From Thalia democratica (Eukaryota), in contig OZ241829.1 in NCBI GenBank assembly GCA_965202585.1, forward strand, positions 73,346,001 to 73,410,000: 64,000 nucleotides of DNA. Reading direction: 5' to 3'. The notes beneath the pieces are model-generated. The model saw nothing but the letters and a program-made list of their open reading frames with translations. It did no database searches and was not told the origin of the DNA. Positions 25,581 through 38,361 of this stretch are shown here, one piece after another. Each line of letters opens with the position of its first letter. Within the stretch, counting starts at the first letter, position 1. The position numbers and the translations under genes were made by a program.

Positions 25581-26112
25581 TATTACGCTGCCTCAGTCTA
25601 CCTGCTGTTTGGCAATTTTAATTTTTTATATGGTTAAAAGACAATAATAAACATAACAATTGCGATGATATTGTATATGTAGTCAAGATAAAATAAATAA
25701 AACTATTAATGGTACTAAACTCGAATCCGCACGCAGGCTAATATGAACAAATACAAAAATTAAGTTTAAGTATAATTTTTGGCTAATAAAAATAACTATC
25801 AAAAGTAATTTTAAGTATGCATTTTGGCTAAAACAAATATTACTACAATCATTAATTTGATAGTTAGAAGGTGCGAGATAGTTTTATGTGACGCAGATAG
25901 CAAAATGAGTAAAATTATGTAAATGTAATCCTCAATGGATCAACCATACTACAATATTAGACTTACACCGGACGAGCCGACGACGGTAACTATTAAGTTT
26001 TCGGTGTGTAGGAATCAAAAATGTATATAAAATCGAGTTACCATCTTCCTCACAGCGAGGAACACCTTCCCTTCTTCGATGGCTATCATAAATGGATATA
26101 AGAAAAGCATGG

Positions 26113-26330
26113 GTCGTCACAGAGTGACACTTTAGCACAGAGTGACACTTTGGCACGGATTGACACTTTAGCACGGAGTGACACTTTAGCGCAAATAGAC
26201 CTTTTACCAAGGGTCGTCATTTATGTACGAAGCAACACTAAATCACGGAGTGACACTTTAACACGGAGTGGCACTCTGGCACGGTGTGAAACTTTGGCTC
26301 AAATTGACATTTTAGCTCGGTGTCACTCCA
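26113..26330 (+). repeat. 17-bp tandem repeat CACGGAGTGACACTTTA/G, related to the TGCACG MITE family
   Basis: Units visible at 26119-26185 and 26244-26320, each block preceded by GGGTCGTCA. Confidence 0.7.
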
Positions 26331-27419
26331 TTCTAACACTTATATCGTTTTAAAAACGATTATGTTTGATTTGACAAAAACATACCGAATGCTTATGTAA
26401 TAAAAAAATGTTTAGTATTTCAAAACAAAAGATAATCATTATTAAAATAATATTTTGTGTAAAAGTGTCACAAATTTAAGCTAAGGAATCGAAGTATAAA
26501 TATAAACAATATTTCAAACAATTTGACTTATAAACTTTTAAAGCACATTAAGGACAACGATAAGGTATGCTTTTGAATCGAAACTTAAATTACAAAATTA
26601 TTAGTTGTGTTACACCTAAATTGAGTCATATAAACATCATGTTTATGTTCAAGTATTTTAAAATACTATCTTAATAATAATACTACAGTAAATGTGTTTT
26701 TTCTGTAGCGTAATTTATTGATGTACCACCTATTGTATGTAAACTAAGTAAATGAAAAAAGCGGTGTAAGTAGAAACTATTACTATAAATCTAAATCAAT
26801 AATAAGCAAAAATATTTAATGGATGTAAAATAAATTTTAATGAAATAACTTATGTACAATGACAATAAATTAACTAACCAGAGGGTTCATGCTAATGTTC
26901 CATTTTCATAGTTTCTGATTACAAAAGACATAGTTGATTTTTTTTGTTGACCCGTCTCTTGACTGTTGAAGTAAAGTTTGTTGAATAATTTTAAATTTAT
27001 ATAAGCTTTTTTATTGACAATTTAGAACTTATAGAACTACATTATGAATGTGGATCGTAAGCTGGTTGTTTGCTTCAACGGTTAAAAGTAGAAGTTAACA
27101 AACGAAATTATTTTTTCAGACTTTTTGTTAATAGTAGTAGTACTGTACAGATAACTTAAAATGTTCCATTTTTAATAACAAAAACTTTGTTTTAAATTTT
27201 AAGAAAAAAAGTTTGGAACGTTTATTTATTGGTATCAGTTAGCACAACGCAGAGTAAAGTTGCTAAATATTAAAAAAAAATATCACATAAATTTTATTTC
27301 TGTATAATGATTTATGAATGTTTAGTTAAAAATAATTACGTCATTAAGAGTCAAGTGTAAAAGTTTGTATAAAGGTTTAAATTAGAAATAAATAAATTAA
27401 TTAATAAGGTAAAAAGTGA

Positions 27420-28050
27420 TTGTAGTGTCACATTAAAACCTTTTAACGGACTTGCGAGTATTTTTGACATAACGACAGAAATTTCAATCAGAGTTGGGAG
27501 AACTAGTGACGTCATATCAGAACCTTTAAACAGGAAAACGGGTCAAATATGCACCAAGACAAAACTGCACCAGGTTACTAAATTGCACGAGGGCGCAAGA
27601 TTGCATGGAAATACTTTTGCACGAAGACAAGCTTGCACGAGGGGACAAAATTGCACGAAGACAATTTTGCAGGAGGGTCATTTTTCGCGAGAGTGAAAAA
27701 GAAAAAACAAAAATAAAACTAAAAAATAAACAAGTAAATAAAAAAAACAAGAAGAAAAGGTTATGGGTAACAGTGATAGTAAAAAAAATGAAATTAATAA
27801 AATAATTAAGAATAAAAATTCAACCCGTGCAATTTTTTTTTTGTGCAAAAGTATCTTCGTGTATTTTTTTGCCCTAGTACAATTTTTTCCCTTCGTGCAG
27901 ATACCATTCAAACCATTGACAGATACCATTCAAACAGACTTGGGAGTAATTTTATCGTCACATTAGAACCTTCAAACACGAGCTGTGAGCAATTGTTACG
28001 TCACATTAGAAACTTCAAGTAGACTTGTGAGTGATTATGACGTCACACCA
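27420..28050. repeat. Degenerate about 42-bp tandem repeat carrying one CRE-like site per unit, split by a MITE at about 27533-27910
   Basis: Unit approximately ACAGACTTGGGAGTAATTGTGACGTCACATTAGAACCTTCAA; sites at 27507, 27953, 27996, 28038. Confidence 0.75.
27533..27910. mobile_element. TGCACG-family MITE (related copy at about 39340-39615)
   Basis: GGAAAACGGGTCAAATATGCACC left end; inverted CGTGCA units at 27826-27900. Confidence 0.6.
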
Positions 28051-30329
28051 GAATTTTTTAATCAGGCTAATTCAACTCACAAAATTGTTACGACATGAAG
28101 TAGTGACTTTCAAAAATAAAACATCAATGAATAAGAAGATTGAACATAGATAATATAAACATAAACAACAGGTATAAAAAAACATGCATGGTATCAAAAT
28201 ATGAATAAGTGTTCTCACAGACAAAAGAATCCCTACCAGAGCTGCAACCCACCGAGGAGAAACTAAGTCAGTATTATCTTGTTGCAAAATAAAATACATA
28301 ACATTCTTTACATAACATACAAATATATAAGATCAAAAACAAAGCTTTTTAACGGTTTCTCTAACGGTTTCAAAGCTCGTGCAAAAGTGACCCGTTCCCA
28401 GGTTTGATGGCCATTGGCCACCCTGTTAATTTAATTTCAAAATTTAAAAAAGTAGCTTTTTTTGAAGTACATAACTCATGTATAAATAGTTCAAATTTTT
28501 TTACGACTTAAATTCATCAATAAACTATAAAAGAAAAATTTTAAAAAACATTTGTTCAACTTGTGTTTGAATTTAAAATTATAACTTACAAAAAAAATAT
28601 TTCTACAATTTTGTTAACATAGGGAAGTGTTTAGTATTATTCTATTGTTCTATTTCAGATATGATTATTTTCAAATTTTAAAACATAAAAAAAATGAATT
28701 TGTCATAGGCCTAGACACACATTTTAATTTTTTTACCAAGCTTAAGCTGCAAAACTACCGAAAGTAGAGTTAATGACATCATCAAAATATTGGGTACTTT
28801 TTTTTGCAAATTTGCTGCAATTGAAAGTACCCAATATTTAAAACTACCCATAAAAAATCCTCCCGTTTAATGAATGTTTTCTGGGTTTACGCAAGTGGCA
28901 AGACATAAAGAGTCATAGGGGGTGTGGAGCAAATTAAATTGCTTTGTATACAGTTATCATATCGACGTAACTGCATTTTTTTAGGTTAAATTTTAATAAC
29001 ATTAGAAGTAGTTTAAAATATTGTGTTCCCGCTGGGACGTTGTCACGAGTTATTTCAGATGTTTTAATTTGTGCTGATTCGTAACTTTTTTGAGCTAGCT
29101 ACGTCCCTGGTTGTAGGTATTAAAAGTTATTTAACTTAATTAAGTTGTCTTTTAAATGGCAACTATTTTATTTACTAAGTTTTTCTTAACCATTTTTTTT
29201 TTTTTGAAAAAAGTTGCATTAGTTAGTAGTGAAACATTAGTTTAAAACTAACCAGAACGTTCATAGCTTTGTTGTTGAATCCAAACTGACGGCCCACTTC
29301 GTCTGCAGCTGACTAGATTGTAAAAAATATTTAATTACAGTTTTATTTTACATAAGCTAGTTTAATGCTGTTTTTAGATTTAAACAAATGTACAGTAGAA
29401 AAACTTTTCTGGTCGTAATTAACCTTTTAGTAGGTAATTTTCTACAGTTGTTTAACCATATGTATATGAATAAAATTGCATTTAAACACTTTTTTTTTAC
29501 TTTAATTAATAATTTTTAATAATAAATATTTAAACAATATTTTTAGTTAAAACAAAAACTTAGGTAACGTGTCATGAATAAAACACACTTTGAACAAACG
29601 CAATTTACTTTATTTTCAATAAAAATTCTTAGTTCTGAAGAAAGAAACTATTAAATCACGACACAAATAAAATCTATAAAAGTATCAACAATCGTAAAGT
29701 TATATAAATACTAACATCAACTCCGCGATGTAGACGTTTTCTTTATTCTCGAAATTTGTGAATAAAACGCTGAACTTAATCGTAACTTGATCGTACCGCG
29801 GAATAACTAAGTAATTAATTATTAAAACTAAGGAACAACTAACGCGTATTTGAAAGACAAACGCAAATATATACGCATTGAAATGAAGTTTACTCCTTGA
29901 AATAATAAAAATATTTGTTTTTAATACTGGAAGCACGTCACGAAATATGCGTAAAACAGTTTACAACATCCGCTTTAAAATACGAAAATGAGATGTTAAA
30001 ATCATTACAAGGTAAATTAGAGAAAACTATTCTAACTCTCTACGGTGTCATGAGAATTTTGAGGCTTTTTGATTGAGATTTAATCTTTTAGGTTGTTTAA
30101 ACTAAACTGTATTATAAGGCTGTTTGTATTTTAAAAATTTATTTTCTAGTAAAAATAAGATATCCTTTATAGCATTCTCCATTAATAAATAAGCTCGAGG
30201 GATGTAGAGTTTTGTAGCTTTTTTATTGTTTTTTGTCTTTTTTAGATAGTTTAGCATTTTTAAATAAATTAGCAAATAATTTTTGTGCACGAATAGAATA
30301 TAGTATAAAAATAACAAAAGCGCACTAAC

Positions 30330-31965
30330 CCTGCATCTGCAGCAGCAATTGCAGCGTACGCCTGCGAGTGATCCATTTCATCGACAACCTCAGTAGCGCC
30401 TTCAAGTGGATCGTCTAGTTGCTGGATGTCTCCGTTTTATCGGTTGCTATATCAATAACACCGTTCAGATAGACTGTTAAAATAATTTATTTTGAAAAAC
30501 TTACTATTTATTTAAAAAAAAAAATTAATTTTATTTTATATATCCTTTGATTTAGGTGACGTTTTTGCTGTTCAAACAAATACAATAAATTTTATATGCA
30601 ATCAGTCCTCGTTAAAAGTATCTCTAGTTAAAAATTTAATTTAATTGACTTATTTTAAATAATTGTTGATCAAATTAAGCTTTAGCTTTGTTCATTGCTT
30701 AACTAAAAAATAAATTATATATAAGAAATAGTAGATAAAAAGGTATTTTGTTTAAAATAATTTCATTTTTATCAGTATTAAAACTAATTAATTTCATTCA
30801 TAAAAGCTAATTGAATTAACGGTTGCAGTTTAGTTTTGTTTACGAAACCGCATGACTTGAAATTTCACAAGACTTTTAACGTTCAACGGAAAGTCGGTTT
30901 AGAAAACAAAAAGTCAATGTGACTTCAATAAAAAATAATGTCTCGTCACAACTCACTTTCGCTTAACCAGCTAAAGTTCAAGGCGAATTCACCGAAAAAC
31001 TTCGACATCAAAGATACATTCATTTTAAGCCATCTTGAATGGCTGTAAAAATAAGCAAATTACGAGGATAAACAAGAATACTCTTCGACTAGACACTCTG
31101 AACCCAATTTGTGCTGTGAAAGCGAGTATTTTCCGCACTCGGCCTGTGACGTAATACTTAAATACAAACTTGTTTGTGACGTAAAAATTTGAGAGCTGCT
31201 TTTTTCTATGTGTTGTAAGCATGAGTTTTAGTGTTGATAAACTTCTATTCAAACAGAATACGTATTAGTTGATTTCTGTATATATGTGGTCTTTATATTT
31301 ATATATTAATACTTAAATAGTCTTAAAAATGTGCAGAGAAATTACGAATAAAATGTGTTGTTACATTTTAAGCATTTAAATATTTACTGACACTTTACCA
31401 AGCTTATCGTGGATTCTTTTACTGTTTATTGTCGTTAGAGACATTTGTAATATTTTTTTCTATGAAAGATCACCAATAGCAAAGTAATGTGATTATCTTC
31501 GATTATCTAACGATTCAGAGTTATAAGAAATCCGACAAATTCATCGTAAATAGCCTTTTTTATTTTCACATATTTTTTCGAATAAACTACCCCTGTTATC
31601 CAGTCATGCACAAAAATACAAAACACTACTTAACTTATTCAGCCAAGGATGACCACAACTCAATCAAAAAAGTGGTTAGTTTTTACGAGGAGATAAATAA
31701 AAATTATTATCAGCCTAAGAAAAGAAAAATATTTTGTTTTTGCAACGTTCACAAAACAAGCAAATTGATAATTTGGTTGCTAATGATCTTCGACTTATGA
31801 AAAAAATAAAAACAATGAAATTAAAATATGATGAGTTGATTGAAGTCCCATTGGTGTAAAAAACCATTGGCTTAATATTAGGTCAATAATGAACAATAAT
31901 GCCAAGCAAAAGCTTGTGAATTCATAAGCACTTACCTTGCAGTAAGTGGATGCGAACGTAGTAAG
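30330..31965 (-). pseudogene. Exon chain: 31936-31965 (30 nt), 30957-31042 (86 nt), 30330-30473 (144 nt)
   Basis: Canonical GT-AG ends; the 86-nt exon joins the 144-nt exon in frame: HSRWLKMNVSLMSKFFGEFALNFSWLSE-IYLNGVIDIATD/GDIQQLDDPLEGATEVVDEMDHSQAYAAIAAADA. One 1-nt frameshift. Paralog at 53610-55208. Confidence 0.6.
31489..31800 (+). CDS. Hypothetical 103-aa ORF (paralog at 54728-55045 has an internal stop)
   Basis: Frame preserved across a 6-nt indel, about 10 synonymous versus about 20 non-synonymous changes, stop position conserved (TGA/TAA). No ATG start and no recognisable domain. Confidence 0.3.
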   Translation: MIIFDYLTIQSYKKSDKFIVNSLFYFHIFFRINYPCYPVMHKNTKHYLTYSAKDDHNSIKKVVSFYEEINKNYYQPKKRKIFCFCNVHKTSKLIIWLLMIFDL

Positions 31966-34781
31966 CTAAAAATTGTTATTAAACGAAAGAAGCAACACGT
32001 AAATGTTGCAGGTAATAACATTAAAATTACTTTAGCATTTATTAGAATAATAGGTCTTTAGCAATGTCAATATGCTATCAAAATAATTTATTTTCGTGAA
32101 GACAGATAATTTGGTCGCTAACTGAGAATTTGCAGTTTGTACCAGCACTTTCTTCTTTTAAATTTAAGAGAACAGTCAAATCAATATAATGTTTAATACA
32201 AAGTCTGTGTTAGGTTTAAATATGTTATTGCATACTTTCAATTAGAGTGGTGTTAGAGATGAAATGTCACTTTTTTGTTTGTTGACAATCCAAAAAAATT
32301 ACTGATTTTGAGTACGAGATTATTATTTAAGACTCAAAATCAAACATACGCACACTAGGTTAAATATTTTATAATTTATTATTTTAACAGATCGCTCGTT
32401 TTTTATATATAAAAAGTATTTTCATTGAGTGACCACAAATAGTTGTGAAACATGGTCATGATAAAAGGTTTGTCTCAACGTTCTAGATACTAAAACGAAT
32501 TAAGTAACATTTTTGTATAGATCACAATATCTTTTATGTAAGGGCAATTAAACAACGTTAAACCGTGAAAACTCTGGTTGTTAGTAACAAACATAGGATG
32601 AATGAAGGTGTATTGTACTAAGTTTTACTGTATAATTCAATAAAATTTCGTCATTGAAAATAAGCGGCAAGCTGATTTAAAATTTCCTAAGCATCGAAAG
32701 TCTAAAAAGGCAGCTTGAAACTATAAATATAGCACGACCGCAAAGAATGAGCTAAAAAGTTTGAATTAAACTAATTCGCTGCTTGTGGCAGAGAAGACAC
32801 GAGCCAGACTTGAAAATAATAATAAACCAGGTGAAACAATGTCCAAATTAAAAGGAACAAATGATCAAACCACAAGCTCAGAGACACATAACCCAACGAG
32901 CCAACGCCAGTCACGGATAGCCTAAAACTCCGACTGACAACGATGTTTGTTATCGAAGACAATAAAGATACTGCAACAGAGCAATGAGGTGCATCGTTGC
33001 TCATCAGCCACCAAAGACTAATTACAATACTAGAATGCAGTCATTTAAAAAATACTTTCAAGAAACATAAAGTAGTCAATAATTAGTCTGCTATACTCAA
33101 TAAAACAATTTCTAACATATGACGTCATAAACCATTTGTGACGTCACACACGAACCTTCAAACAGGTATTTCAGAAACTCATAAAACTGTTACAACCTTA
33201 ACTAAGAACAATTAAAAACACACCTCAAAAATATTAATATGCAAAGTTTTAACATAGAATGATACAATATGAATGATACTATTATGAAGTGCATGAAAAT
33301 AAAGAACATGATTGATCTAAAATATGATTAAGCCAGCTCTTAGAAAACTATCTTGCCAGAGAAGCAACCAATCAATGGAAAACAAATTCAGCATACATTT
33401 GTTGACTTTACGGAATACGTAAGATCCTAAAACAAACTTCAAAACAGTTTACAATAATTTGATCACAAAAAATTTTCAGAATCAAACTATTTGGTCGACT
33501 ACATAAAAATAACGATAGGCAACTAAAGATAGTATTTTACTGAAGTGAAAGCAACGTCAAGATACAAAAAATGAACGTTTGAATTAAACAAAACTCTAGT
33601 ACTCAACTTAAAAGACTTACTATAAAATATGAAGTTTGTTGTGAATAGTCGAGAGAACGCGGTCGTTTCGGTAGGAACAGTATACCAAATAGGAAAATTT
33701 AGTAAATAGAATCAATAGGTGTTTAACAGCAAATCAAAGCATTTTATGAAACGATATAATCATATTTAGTAATGCTTTTTGAACTATATCACTCACTGGA
33801 AATGTAAAACTCATCACTATGAAAGTAATAATACATAACTTCTTTGACATTCAAGTATCAAAAATTGTGGTAAGATTTATACATTTTTTATCTAAATATA
33901 CTGCATTAGACATGCTGATGAACCACCGCTTTATGACTAGCAAAATCAAAATACACGAGTAAAGTTGAAAATATTTTTCCGTGATGAACTAGAAACCCTA
34001 AAGGTTGTTTTAACAAACATAATAACACATATTTTAATATAAGAAAAAATAGAATCATAGTACAAAAGTTTCTATAAACTACTAGGATACTAAAATATAC
34101 TGAATTTATCACGGTAGAGGTTGTTTTACACAAGGAAAAATAAAACATATTCACGAAGATGTTGGGCCGGAGAACTAAATAAAAAACGAGGTACTGAGAC
34201 GGGTCAGAAATGCACTGAGCGACAATTTACCACGAATTTAATTTTTTATAGGTTTCAATTTTGCACGGGTGTCGAATTTGCAGGACGTCAATTTTAACGA
34301 TTGTCAACTTTGTATGAAGTCACTTTTTACCGATGTCAACTTTATGAGGTGTCACTTTTTTAGGGCTGTCAATTTTGCATAAAGTCACTTTTGCACGGGT
34401 GATATTTTTTTTATGAAGTCACTTTTGTACGGCGCCATTTTTTCAGGACGTCAAATTTTCATTAAGTAGAAATTCTTTTGAAAAACTTTTTATTAAATCT
34501 AAGAAAGCAAAATTTCCCCTTTACAAAACTGACTACTCGAGCAAAACTGACCTTTCGCTGTTTAAATATCTTCGAAGAGGGCGTAAATAAAAGTAGCTTG
34601 GGACTCCTTATATAGATCACAGTTATACAAATGTTCTTAATTCAATTGTTTAAATTGAATTTAGTTTACAACATCATAAGTAGTAGTTTTAATTGAGCTT
34701 AATTAATCAAAGACAAAGTTGTGGAACAATGAGTTATTTCTGGTAATTTACACTATATGTAACATAGATATGAAAACTTAC

Positions 34782-34877
34782 TTGGAATGTTTGCTGAGTT
34801 CGCGATTTCCAACATTGATGTCAGCCCTGAGAGGTCGTTGCTTGTTTTTCTTTCTCAAAAATAGCATCTCCCACCAA
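34782..34877 (-). pseudogene. 96-nt LTS exon copy
   Basis: Same splice sites and length as 16926-17021; open frame WWEMLFLRKKNKQRPLRADINVGNRELSKHS. Confidence 0.6.
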
Positions 34878-35579
34878 CTGTTGAAAAAATAAATTGAACA
34901 TTTATTCAAATTAAATTTTAAACATACTATTAATGAGTTTTGCGTATTTTGCTTTATATACAGTTTAGCATTACCGTTTAAACCTACAGTTAAAGTTATG
35001 TTTTTTTATTTTTATGACTTGATTACTGAAGCTACTTTTCGGAATTATTCAAAAAAAAACTAAAAACACATTATAGTATTGGATTATCTTTCTAAATAGT
35101 CAGTGTTCTTTATTTAAAAATATTGATAAAAAGATAAAGATAACTCTTACTATAAACTATTGAAAATTTTCGACTAAAGCTGTTTTATAATTAACAACTT
35201 TAGAATCTAGACAACTTATCGAATTTCACTTCAAACTGAAGTATTTTTGACTTTACACAAAACGTTCAGTATCCAAAGTTCTTAATTATTAAACCATGCT
35301 AGTCGAAGAGTTAAAGGTCATCAATGTGCTATATAAAAAACTAAGTATGGTTGTTTGATCTTAACTGAAAACACCAAAGTATTCAATTTGCTTTAATTGT
35401 TTTTATGAAAACGAGAACGGTTAATACAACTGTAGATAAACGTGTTAAATTACATGACTTTATAAAAAAAGGTTTTGATTGAGAGTTCAAAAGACATATA
35501 AACCAAAAAAAGAACAATTTTTTTTTGATAAGTTTATTTTACTTACTTAAAATAAATTTTTAGTTATTTAAACATCAGA

Positions 35580-36720
35580 CTTTATTTTATAATTTTTAAT
35601 GAATAAAATAACAATCAAATTTTTTCTTTCCAATAAATTTCGTCAAATTCTCTTCAGAAAAATTACAATTGAAACAATACAATAAAACACAAAAAGTATA
35701 TATACAAAAATTTTACAAATTAATTATCTGATCAATTAAGTAAAAGTAATTGTAATCAACAAAAATGTAATCAACAAAAACTTTAAAAATCAACACAAAA
35801 TGGTCTTAACTAAATAAGGCTAAGGTGTAGTCAAACTCTTTGTTTTTACATAAGTTTGGTTTGTTTAAATGTATTAAAATGGCTTCAAGTCTAATTAATT
35901 CCAATGTATTTGAACATTGTCGCATTACACTGAAATTAGATAATGCAAACTTTTTTCCACAACTTGGATTATTCACAAGTCGTTCTGCTATCGCAGATTT
36001 TTTTATTGCATTTTTGACTGCAACACTCTTTTTTTCTTTTTAGTCTTTAATATATGAAGTGATACACTTTGGAACATGTTCATTGTCCATATTCATGTCA
36101 AAACCAATACTTCAACGTTCGGGAAAAGACCTAATGACACCTCAAGAAAAAAGTCTTGTAGTTTACAAGTTTAAATGCTGCTGTGACATTAGCTACATTG
36201 GTCAAACTTCTCGACACCTCACAACTAGAATAAAGGAAAACGTTCCCAAGTGTATCACTTCGTATATTAAAGACGAAAAAGACGAAAAGAGTATGGCAGT
36301 CAAAAATGCAATAATGAAATCTGCGATAGCAGAACACCTTGTGAATAATCCAAGTTGTGGAAAAAAGTTTGCATTATCTAATTTCAGTGTAATACGACAA
36401 TGTTCAAATACATTGGAATTAATTAGCTTGAAGCCATTTTAATACATTTAAACAAACCAAACTTATGTAAAAACAAAGAGTTTGACTACACCTTAGCCTT
36501 ATTTAGTTAAGACCATTTTGTGTTGATTTTAAAAATTTTTGTTGGTTACATTTACGTTTACTTAATTGATCAGTTAATTAATTTGTAAAATTTTTGTATA
36601 TATACTTTTCGTGTTTTATTGTATTGCTTCAATTGTAATTTACCTGAAGAGAATTTGACGAAATGTATTGAAAAGAAAAAAAATTGAGTGTTCTTTCATT
36701 TATTAAAAATAAAAATAAAT
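35580..36720. mobile_element. 5'-truncated Penelope-like retroelement with an inverted duplicate of its 3' end
   Basis: 35580-36081 is the reverse complement of about 36238-36720; GIY-YIG ORF in between; absent at the homologous site near 58575. Confidence 0.9.
36082..36510 (+). pseudogene. GIY-YIG endonuclease C-terminus of a Penelope-like element
   Basis: VVYKFKCCCDISYIGQTSRHLTTRIKE...SAIAEHL...; frameshift near 36428 into LEAILIHLNKPNLCKNKEFDYTLALFS*. Confidence 0.9.
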
Positions 36721-36932
36721 TGCCATTTTTTAGTTAGTATGCGTATTTAATAAAATGTAACTTCGTCACAATAACATATAAACTGTTGAAAATAAGATAG
36801 GAAAGCGTTTAGGAGTCGGAATTAACTTTTCTGCAGTCAACACTGCGGTAGCTAAAATAAAAAAAAAATAGCGTCTGAAAACGGTATAAGAGAAAATCAC
36901 ACAACTAAAAACTGCTTGTTACAGGCAAAACC

Positions 36933-37254
36933 GGGTAGGTGTCACTTTAGCACGAGGAGACACTTTTGCACGGAGGAGGATGTCGCCGTGCAAAAAATGA
37001 CCCTGCGTGCAAAAGTGACGACCGTGAAAAAGTGATGCCGTGCAAAAATGTCCCTCCGTTCAAAAGAGTCAGTGTCTCCTCGTGCAAAAGTGACGCCGTG
37101 CAAAAGTGTCACCTCGTGCAAAGGTGACGCTTGTGAAAAAGTGTCCCCTCGTGCAAAAGTGTCACCTCGTTCAAAGGTGACGCACGTGCAAAAGTGACGC
37201 CGTGCAAAAATGTACCCTCGTTCAAAGGTGACGCTCGTGCAAAAAAGGCGCCGT
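36933..37254. mobile_element. Internally deleted TGCACG-family MITE
   Basis: Starts GGGTAGGTGTCACTTT; flanked by GCAAAACC at 36925-32 and 37255-62; empty site CAGGCAAAACCTGTTAG at about 58775. Confidence 0.75.
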
Positions 37255-37665
37255 GCAAAACCTATTAGATGACCTCACAAGATGATTTTAGCAGGTTAAG
37301 ATTCCAAGAATGAAAATATTTTAGTCGTGTTCGGGACGACTTTGAAATTGAGTGTAGATTTGTTAGAATCGGTCAATGCACTTACTTGTGCTGATAAATT
37401 GAACATATTTTCATTTCAGTCAAGAGTGCTTGTTAGTTTTTTAATATTACGTCATTAAAAATGAGAGATAAAGTTGGGGAAGCGTAAAAGCTTGAGAGAG
37501 CTGCTTTGTACTTTAATTTGTTAAAAAACTGAGCACGATCGTGATTAAAACAAAATAATGTTTAAAAAAACGTTTAAAATCGTTGCTTGTTATTAAAAAC
37601 TGGTAATATAATAGACATAAAACATTTCAAAGATGTATCAATAACTAAAATGCTGCTATTTTTAA

Positions 37666-38361
37666 GGGCATAGGGGAGTTTCCAAATTTTTTTTTTTCTA
37701 AAATATTGGATCTTATAAAAGCTTAAAGTACAAACTACAGGCCAGGTTATAAAGAATTAAAAAACATTATTTAAATTTTGATATATTTAAATTTCTATAA
37801 AATGTGTCCGATACAAACGTATGGACCGAAAAATTCTTCGGGGTCAATTTTCTCGGAAATTTAAAAAATCACTATAAAACCTATCTTCTCCTTCATTTTT
37901 TGAGCTAGAGGCCTCAAATGTTTACAAAACGTTTCTTTTATAGTTTAAAAGACTTCAAATTTTGGAATTTTAAAAATATTAAAAAATAAAATTTTAGATA
38001 AAAAAACAAAGAACAAATAGGTGGTTTTATTTTAATAAAAATTTTATTTTTTATAAATTAAAAAAATTTCTGCATTCAATTTTTTTTTTAATTTAATAAT
38101 ACACTTTCTGTGAAAATTTGAAGAAGATTGTTAGAAAATGAAGAAGGAGATAGATTTTTAGTGAAATGGCCTTTTTTGTGTTTTTAATTTGCGCCTTCCA
38201 TTAGGAACATATTGAGGTCACCAACTTTTATTGCTCATATCTCTAAAATTACATTGAGATTTTTCAAGTGGGTGAAAATGTCTGACAGCTCAGATAAAAC
38301 TCTATAACATTAGATCAACTTGTAAAAATCAACTTGTAAAAATCTCCCTCCCCCCATGCCC
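37666..38361. mobile_element. 696-bp non-autonomous element with TTAA TSD and GG termini (Kolobok-like)
   Basis: TTAA|GGGCATAGGGGAG ... CTCCCCCCATGCCC|TTAA; absent from the 18.36-kb paralog. Confidence 0.8.

Noticed and set aside
31183-31196. AATTTGAG as an Sm site of an SL RNA or snRNA
   Set aside because: Too few U residues, no flanking stem-loops, and no leader plus donor arrangement recognisable.
32771-33004. Hydrophobic minus-strand ORFs as membrane peptides (also 55852-56073, 15057-15269, 28072-28299, 18584-18817, 42259-42486)
   Set aside because: Substitutions are spread evenly over codon positions, paralogs contain stops or frameshifts, and T-rich strands give hydrophobic ORFs by default.
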